NCBI GenBank assembly: GCA_000320545.1
Contig: ADNK01000313.1
Coordinates: 186,001-250,000 of the forward strand
Source of the DNA: Bigelowiella natans CCMP2755
Taxonomy: Eukaryota; Protista; Cercozoa
Length of the DNA stretch: 64,000 nt
Reading direction: 5' to 3'
In this document: in pieces, positions 63,698 to 64,000 of the stretch
Layout of the letters: each line of letters starts with the position of its first letter
Numbering within the stretch: the first letter of the stretch is position 1
Program-made: the position numbers and the translations under genes
The notes under the pieces: model-generated
What the model saw: the letters and a program-made list of their open reading frames with translations, nothing else
What the model was told of the DNA's origin: nothing
Databases searched by the model: none

Positions 63698-64000
63698 TAG
63701 TGCCGCGAACAGCTCCGTCATCGACCTGTTGAGGGAGCGAGAAGCACTTACTCCTGACAGGTACGAATTAGCATTGAGGTCTATTCGCTGGCAACTACAT
63801 TTGCAGTCAATGAGAGGTGTTCCCCCATGTATCCTTCAGCACCAAAATAGTCTTCATTATGGTCGGCGATGATCAAACCGCGAGGCTCTCAACTGCAGTC
63901 AGGTAATATCTCTTCCTAGGTCGCTATTATGAGTAAATGTTGAAAGCGATTGAGAATAAATTGATGGAGCACTAAGCTGCTAATTTCAAATATCAGATTA
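63698..64000 (+). CDS. Probable 5' exons of a gene continuing beyond the window
   Basis: DSAANSSVIDLLREREALTPD|STKIVFIM with GT-AG boundaries at ~63761/63839. Confidence 0.3.

Noticed and set aside
63840-63905. Possible 6-phosphofructo-2-kinase start (TKIVFIMVG)
   Set aside because: The diagnostic GLPARGK P-loop is not visible within the window.

Overview
Gene-dense eukaryotic nuclear DNA from a flagellated protist (CFAP36, ferlin and a cyclic-nucleotide kinase are present). Gene style is compatible with a rhizarian/chlorarachniophyte-type alga, but that is a guess. Genes carry many short GT-AG introns (about 40-350 bp) packed with microsatellites, so the ORF track shows only fragments; I rebuilt genes by manual splicing. 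About 16 protein-coding units and one tRNA-Ile(AAT) are present: a >1000-aa GT2 glycosyltransferase-membrane-class III PLP aminotransferase fusion (runs off the left edge), a PKG-like kinase with three CNB domains, a small SAM-domain protein, two hypothetical secreted proteins, an At3g27390-like protein, a type II ferlin, a bacterial-type alpha/beta hydrolase, an ankyrin protein, TMEM230-like, CFAP36, a PHOSPHO-type HAD phosphatase with a probable C-terminal extension, TMEM144-like, a pepsin-family protease with a ~170-aa insert, and two partial or uncertain genes at the right end. Highlights: (1) the GT2-TM-aminotransferase fusion, a candidate one-protein pathway for an aminated glycoconjugate; (2) strictly alternating gene orientation, with CATG/TGCA/CTAG-rich DNA at every tail-to-tail junction and a recurring TGTCGC word in every head-to-head junction; (3) a PKG-architecture kinase whose binding cassettes lack the cGMP-specifying Thr/Ser. 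All family calls come from motif recognition, not database searches.
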